This document shows positions 58,705 to 64,000 of a stretch of DNA of 64,000 bases, one piece after another. The notes under the pieces were generated by a model, which was given only the letters and a program-made list of their open reading frames with translations, ran no database searches and had not been told where the DNA came from. The stretch is taken from positions 66,546-130,545 of the forward strand of contig CAADYO010000001.1 of assembly GCA_900753325.1 (NCBI GenBank). Direction: 5' to 3'. The position numbers and the translations under genes were made by a program. The DNA comes from Bacilli bacterium. Lineage in GTDB: Bacteria; Bacillota_I; Bacilli_A; RF39; UBA660. Numbering within the stretch: the stretch's first letter is position 1; every line of letters begins with the position of its first letter.

Positions 58705-61700
58705 TTATACTTTTCTATAGACTTCATCTAATATTGAATATAAGTAACATTCTACTAATTTATTAGTTTTTTCTTCTATTACTTTACGATAACCTGATAA
58801 CTGTTTGTCATAGTTTTCATCATTAATATTTTTTAATTTATAGTCAATAATAATCATCTTGTCTTCTCTTTCTATTAATAAGTCAATTATTCCATGAGCA
58901 ATATTATTATTTTCTTCATAGATGAATTCATATTCTTTATACATTGGACAAGTAATATTTTCTTTTATTAAGTCAGAGTTTATAAATGAGGAGATTTTTT
59001 TCTTAATTGTTTCATCTTCTATTGAGTCAATATCTTTGAAGTTAGAAGTTTCTAATATTTCATGTACTTTGGTACCGAAAGCCATTAATTTGTTTTCTTC
59101 TTCTGTAAAGATATGAAGTGACTCTTTTGAAAAATGACTTTCTTCGACTGTTTCAGTTTTTAAATCCAACTCTTCTACTTTTATGGTGTCATTTGGCTCT
59201 AAAAGTTCTTTTTCATTACTTAGTGATGATACTTTTTGATAGTCTTTAGTACACTCTACCGTGCTTTTTATTATATATGGAAGTAGTACGGTATAAATAC
59301 TTTTCATAATTGATAGAAAACTATTATATTTATTTCTTTCATATATTGGGACTATGTCTTTTACTTCACTTGCCTCTTCTTGTTCTGGCATTACAATAAT
59401 CATTTTTTCTTTAGCTCTAGTTACCGCTACATATAATAGTCTTATTTTTTCAGAGATTTCTTCTTGTTTGACAGATCTTTTTAGGAGTGCTTTTACTATT
59501 GTTTCTTTATAATATTCATCTACTTTAGGAATAACAATACCGTATTTATTATCATAGACTATCTTTTCTTTTAACTCACTTATGTTAAAACTACCAGAGA
59601 AGCCAGCAAAATAACATATTGGAAATTCTAGTCCTTTTGATTTATGAATAGTCATGATCTTGCAACTATTAGAACCTGAGGTATTGACTTTAAACTTTAA
59701 GTCATAATCATTGTTATAGATTTCATCTAAATAAGTAATAAAGTCATAAATAGTATTTCCAGTTGATACATAGTCTTCTACTAAATTGTAGATATATTCT
59801 CTTCTAGTACGATATGATGAAACATCACCTAATGTTAGAAGCTTTTTGTCATAATCTAGTTCATCTAAGATATAGTTTATATACTCTCCGGCTGGTGTTA
59901 CATCTATATTTTTTACTAGTTCTAAGCATTTTAAGTAAAGAGAACTTTCTTTGATGGTATTTGTTACATAGTAATGATATAGTTCTTCATCAGATAAGTT
60001 AAAGAGAAAACTTCTTCCTAGGGAGAAAAAACTATATTTGAAGTCTTGTTCATAATTGTTTTCTTTAATGCAAATTAGGAATTTTAAAAGGCTTTTTATT
60101 ACTAAAATATCTTGATCTTTACGAAGGGATGAGTCTTTTTCTATAGATAAAGGAATATGTAAGTATTCAAATATTTTTTTGTATAAATCAAAGTTTTTAC
60201 TTTTATCTAGAAGTATGACAATATCTGAATAATTTATTGTTCTAAGAATCCCTGTGTCTTTATCAAAAATTTGATAATTTGAAGATACTTTGTCGATTAT
60301 ATCTTTACCAATGATAAATATTTCTTGTTCATCTTTTGTGATAGATGTATTTTTATCCATTTCATAAGTTAAGACATCTAAATCATAATTCTGGTCAGTC
60401 TTACCTTCTTCATTGTAAGTTTTGTTACCGAAGACCATACGATGGGATTCTTTATAATTAGCGCCACCAATGGTATCATCCATAAATAAATCAAATAATA
60501 AATTGATATTTGATAGAACTTCTTCTCTTGATCTAAAGTTTTTATTTAGGTCTATTTTTATACCTTTATCAGTATCACGATATGTGTCATATTTATTTTT
60601 AAAGATATATGGATTAGCATTTCTAAAACGATAAATAGACTGTTTAATATCACCTACCATGTAGACATTATTATTTGAAATTAAGGAAATAAATAATTCT
60701 TGAGTATCAGAAGTATCTTGATATTCATCAACTAATATTTCATTAAAACTTTCTACTAGTTCTTTTCTGATGTCTTCATTTTCTTTAACTACTTTGATAG
60801 CTAAAAGAGCTATATCTGTAAAGTTAAATATTTCATTTTCATTTTTATAATTAGAAAGACGTTTATCTAGTTCTTTTAAAATGGAAATAATTACTTCAGC
60901 ATTTGACTTAGTTGATAAAATTTCTTCTTTCATTTGTTCTGTTGTTTCATATATTAATAATTCTTTTACTTCTTTTAATAATGAAGAAATAGTTGCTTTA
61001 ACATTTTTACCTTCTTCTTCACTATTTCTTGGTACAGCAGGAAGTTTAAAGTCAAGGGATGTGCATATTTCTTCATAAGTAGTAGCGTTTAAAAATTTGC
61101 TTAAGGTATCTTCTACTTTAGTTACATAGGTGCCATCAAAATAGTCATTTAAAGATATTAATAATTCTTTTATATTTTCACGATAAGAATCAATATATTT
61201 TAAATACTCATTTAGATAGTTATCAATATTTTCTTTAGAGTAAGTCTTTTCAATATAAGTATTTAGATATTCTTTTCTATCGTATTTTAATTCTATTTTT
61301 TTATAGATATTTTGAATGTAATTTTTTAATTCTTTATCATCTTTTAAACAAAAGTCTTTTATTAAATTAGTAAAGTTCTTAGTTGGTGATAAGTAATTTT
61401 CTTCAAATATTTCGTCTAATATTCTATTCTTTTCAATATTTATAATGACATCGTCTGTTATTTTGATATTATTACTTACGTTTAGTTTAGTATGATATTT
61501 TTTTACCATGGATAAGGAAAAGGAATCAAAGGTTGTGATATAGGCACCATCTATTAGGTTAGCTTCATTTTCAAGGCCTTCAGTTTTATTAATGGCTTTT
61601 CTAATACGTTCTTTCATTTCTGCTGCTGCGGCATTAGTAAAGGTTAGGACTAATAACTCATTAATATGAATGCCAGATTTTAGTTTTCTAATTACTCTTT

Positions 61701-61812
61701 CAGTTAAAACTGCAGTCTTACCTGAGCCAGCTCCGGCTGAGACAATGATGTTTTTACCCTCTTCATTTATTGCTTGTAATTGTTCGGGAGTCCAGGCCAT
61801 ATTATTCTTCAC
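58705..61812 (-). CDS. addA: ATP-dependent helicase/nuclease subunit A (AddA/RexA)
   Basis: The 1035-aa ORF has a UvrD-like N-terminus (AWTPEQLQAINEEGKNIIVSAGAGSGKTAVLTER). The C-terminal RecB-type nuclease motif is GIIDLLIEREDKMIIIDYK. Its start overlaps the addB end. Confidence 0.8.
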   Translation of the reverse strand: MKNNMAWTPEQLQAINEEGKNIIVSAGAGSGKTAVLTERVIRKLKSGIHINELLVLTFTNAAAAEMKERIRKAINKTEGLENEANLIDGAYITTFDSFSLSMVKKYHTKLNVSNNIKITDDVIINIEKNRILDEIFEENYLSPTKNFTNLIKDFCLKDDKELKNYIQNIYKKIELKYDRKEYLNTYIEKTYSKENIDNYLNEYLKYIDSYRENIKELLISLNDYFDGTYVTKVEDTLSKFLNATTYEEICTSLDFKLPAVPRNSEEEGKNVKATISSLLKEVKELLIYETTEQMKEEILSTKSNAEVIISILKELDKRLSNYKNENEIFNFTDIALLAIKVVKENEDIRKELVESFNEILVDEYQDTSDTQELFISLISNNNVYMVGDIKQSIYRFRNANPYIFKNKYDTYRDTDKGIKIDLNKNFRSREEVLSNINLLFDLFMDDTIGGANYKESHRMVFGNKTYNEEGKTDQNYDLDVLTYEMDKNTSITKDEQEIFIIGKDIIDKVSSNYQIFDKDTGILRTINYSDIVILLDKSKNFDLYKKIFEYLHIPLSIEKDSSLRKDQDILVIKSLLKFLICIKENNYEQDFKYSFFSLGRSFLFNLSDEELYHYYVTNTIKESSLYLKCLELVKNIDVTPAGEYINYILDELDYDKKLLTLGDVSSYRTRREYIYNLVEDYVSTGNTIYDFITYLDEIYNNDYDLKFKVNTSGSNSCKIMTIHKSKGLEFPICYFAGFSGSFNISELKEKIVYDNKYGIVIPKVDEYYKETIVKALLKRSVKQEEISEKIRLLYVAVTRAKEKMIIVMPEQEEASEVKDIVPIYERNKYNSFLSIMKSIYTVLLPYIIKSTVECTKDYQKVSSLSNEKELLEPNDTIKVEELDLKTETVEESHFSKESLHIFTEEENKLMAFGTKVHEILETSNFKDIDSIEDETIKKKISSFINSDLIKENITCPMYKEYEFIYEENNNIAHGIIDLLIEREDKMIIIDYKLKNINDENYDKQLSGYRKVIEEKTNKLVECYLYSILDEVYRKV

Positions 61813-64000
61813 CTCCTAAAAAAGATAAATCATTTTGTTTTTCTAAGTAGACTAAATCTTTTTCCTTCATGTAACAGATATCTTTAAAGGAACAGAAGAC
61901 ACAAGATATATTAACATTAGAATATACTTTTGGATTAATAGTAAAGTCTGCCGATAAGATATTATCAGTTTCTGTGGAAATATAGTTTTTAGTATAATCT
62001 AGTAAATCGTATAACGTATCATTTGATAAGACTTTTTTGGCGGCATAGGTTCCAAAACCTTTTTCTTCGTTATAGGACATACTTTTAATATATTCACTTT
62101 TTTCATATGTTGAATCAAATCTACTTAATATGGAAATATCATCTGTTGAATATCCTTGTAAAAGATATTGATCTTTTTTAACTTTTTCAATGTCTTTACT
62201 CCAAGTAGGATAATTAAATAAAATGTTTTGATAATATATTCCTGTAAATATTGGACTTTTAATAGCTTTGGAATAATGAATTAGATATAGGTATACTGGT
62301 AGTTGCATATGTAAGCCATATTTCATAGGTTCTATATGGGTATCAATACTACCAGTTTTATAGTCAATTATAGAAAAGTATGTATCTTCAATATTTTGAT
62401 AGTACATTATTTTATCGATACTACCAGTAAAAATTACAGATACTTTTTTCTTTAAGTCTATATCTATTTTCTTTTCATAATAGGCATCATTGTAGCCTGT
62501 TATTAGGTCTTGTTTATTTAAGATATCTATTAGTTTTAAAAGATCTTTTTTGATACGAATTAAAAGTAGTTTTTCTTTTAGGGAAAGTTCTCTTTTTTCT
62601 AGATATTTTTGATATTCTTCTTCAAAGTTAAAGTTTGTTTTCTTATATACTGATAATATGTAATGATACATTGAACCAATGTATGTTTGGAAAGTATTAG
62701 TATATGGTTCTAATTTTAAGACATGTCTTATATAGTATTTAAATTTACATTCACTATAGGCGTTAAGAGATGTATATGATAGTTTTAATGGGTATGGTAA
62801 GTTAGTTAGATACTCATCATTATTGATACCTGTAAAGACGCTAGAATATGTTTTATAAGGTATTTGATAGTGAGTATATAGTTTTTTTAGGTCTTTATTC
62901 TTTTCACCGTATAAATGATATAAATCTAGGTATGATGCTAGTCGTAGTTCATTATATATATTTGAACTGTTATATGAGTCTAATTTAGGTTTTACAATAT
63001 TTAGAGAAAGATCAGTAATTAGACTTGATTTGTAGTAACTTTTAAATGGCGAAGTTAGTTTATATGATAAGTATAGATTTTTAATATTTGATAAGATATA
63101 AACTAAGTTATTTTTATTACGTTTATTTAAGTAATCTGTTTTATATAGTGACACTTCATCTTTTTCTTTATCAGTAATATAGGAAATATCTTTTTCCATT
63201 TTAGGTAATTCATCTTGATTAAATCCTAGTACAAAAACGTATTCATCATCATTAAATGATTCTTTATATAAGTCTTTTATCGTAACAGCATTTTTTAAGT
63301 TAACGGGTGAAGCGTAAGTATTTTTTAGTTTGTCAGTTAAAAGTATTTTATATTCTTTTGAGGTCTCATCTAGAAAACTTAAGTCTGATAAGATATTGAT
63401 AAGTTTTTTATTAATACTTTTTTTATCTTTATTTTCTAAGTCTAATTCCTTTGTATTTAGGTAATCTTTTACTACCTTAGTACTATAAATTGAATAGTTA
63501 AAATTTATATTTATAGGTATATGATAGAATGAAAAAAGACTTTTTATGGTATATAGGTAATCACTAGAGATATTTGCTAGATATATTTTATTTATGTCAA
63601 CACCCGTTTTTAGAAGGTTTATTATTTCTAGACAAACTTGATTAACTTCTTCTTCTAAGGTATTACATTCCATTACTGGTGCAGTTATAGTTTTTTCTGG
63701 TACATGTTCTTCTTTTATACCTAACATTTCTTCTTCATATTTTTCTAGGTTATATTCATTTTTTACAATGATATTTTTATTTTTAAGATATTCTTTATAA
63801 GTATTATTGTAGATTAATAGTCCTTCTTTTATTAATTCTTTTTTTAAGTCTTTTAAGAAGTTTAGTTTAGGACTTTTATATGTTTTATTTTCATCTATTA
63901 CATATAAATTGTTTATATATACTCTTGCGACATCTATATTGTAGTTATATTTTTTTATTAGATAAGCAAGTAATTTATCATCATATGAAAAATAGTATAT
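61802..64000 (-). CDS. addB: ATP-dependent helicase/nuclease subunit B (AddB/RexB), 3' portion; the reading frame remains open to the window edge
   Basis: The C-terminal Fe-S nuclease region is ...NISCVFCSFKDICY. Manual translation of 63728..64000 on the minus strand shows no stop codon, so the gene extends beyond the window. It is in an addB-addA operon arrangement. Confidence 0.7.
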   Translation of the reverse strand: MYYFSYDDKLLAYLIKKYNYNIDVARVYINNLYVIDENKTYKSPKLNFLKDLKKELIKEGLLIYNNTYKEYLKNKNIIVKNEYNLEKYEEEMLGIKEEHVPEKTITAPVMECNTLEEEVNQVCLEIINLLKTGVDINKIYLANISSDYLYTIKSLFSFYHIPININFNYSIYSTKVVKDYLNTKELDLENKDKKSINKKLINILSDLSFLDETSKEYKILLTDKLKNTYASPVNLKNAVTIKDLYKESFNDDEYVFVLGFNQDELPKMEKDISYITDKEKDEVSLYKTDYLNKRNKNNLVYILSNIKNLYLSYKLTSPFKSYYKSSLITDLSLNIVKPKLDSYNSSNIYNELRLASYLDLYHLYGEKNKDLKKLYTHYQIPYKTYSSVFTGINNDEYLTNLPYPLKLSYTSLNAYSECKFKYYIRHVLKLEPYTNTFQTYIGSMYHYILSVYKKTNFNFEEEYQKYLEKRELSLKEKLLLIRIKKDLLKLIDILNKQDLITGYNDAYYEKKIDIDLKKKVSVIFTGSIDKIMYYQNIEDTYFSIIDYKTGSIDTHIEPMKYGLHMQLPVYLYLIHYSKAIKSPIFTGIYYQNILFNYPTWSKDIEKVKKDQYLLQGYSTDDISILSRFDSTYEKSEYIKSMSYNEEKGFGTYAAKKVLSNDTLYDLLDYTKNYISTETDNILSADFTINPKVYSNVNISCVFCSFKDICYMKEKDLVYLEKQNDLSFLGGEE

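Overview
Very AT-rich, low-GC Firmicutes-type chromosomal segment (Erysipelotrichia/Mollicutes-like codon usage), densely packed with genes, almost all on the minus strand. Most of the window is core housekeeping: dnaK (partial), grpE and hrcA with two CIRCE operators; rsmD; parE-parC; recD2; an MtaB-like methylthiotransferase; uppP; a ZIP transporter; a CBS-domain family II pyrophosphatase; a DnaB/DnaD-family primosome protein; pilD-pilC; tgt; queA; ruvAB; yebC; obg; rplU-prp-rpmA; and addA-addB (addB runs off the 3' edge). Between these are accessory stretches, described as findings. (1) An apparent three-gene operon at 53172..57970: a DinG/Rad3-type Fe-S helicase, a protein whose C-terminus resembles a HigB/RelE-fold toxin, and a 574-aa orphan protein. 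(2) A glycan/nucleotide-modification islet at roughly 21.4-29.6 kb: a hexapeptide acetyltransferase, a second GreA-like factor, Ham1, a Tmk-like kinase, a frameshifted carbamoyltransferase-GT2 fusion, a CYTH protein flanked by a duplicated unknown gene pair, and PMM/PGM. (3) A decayed IS200/IS605-family tnpB remnant with its right-end repeat, plus an orphan second copy of that right end about 17 kb away. (4) Split parts of a possible phosphorelay: a 7TM hybrid histidine kinase and, about 17 kb away, a separate Hpt-REC protein. (5) A membrane-anchored protein with a glycine-rich (ALK-type) domain and a ricin-B lectin domain. (6) A GrpE with a Cys/His-rich insertion near its N-terminus. I saw no rRNA or tRNA genes and no CRISPR array. 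All calls rest on reading the supplied translations and the sequence for motifs; no database search was possible.
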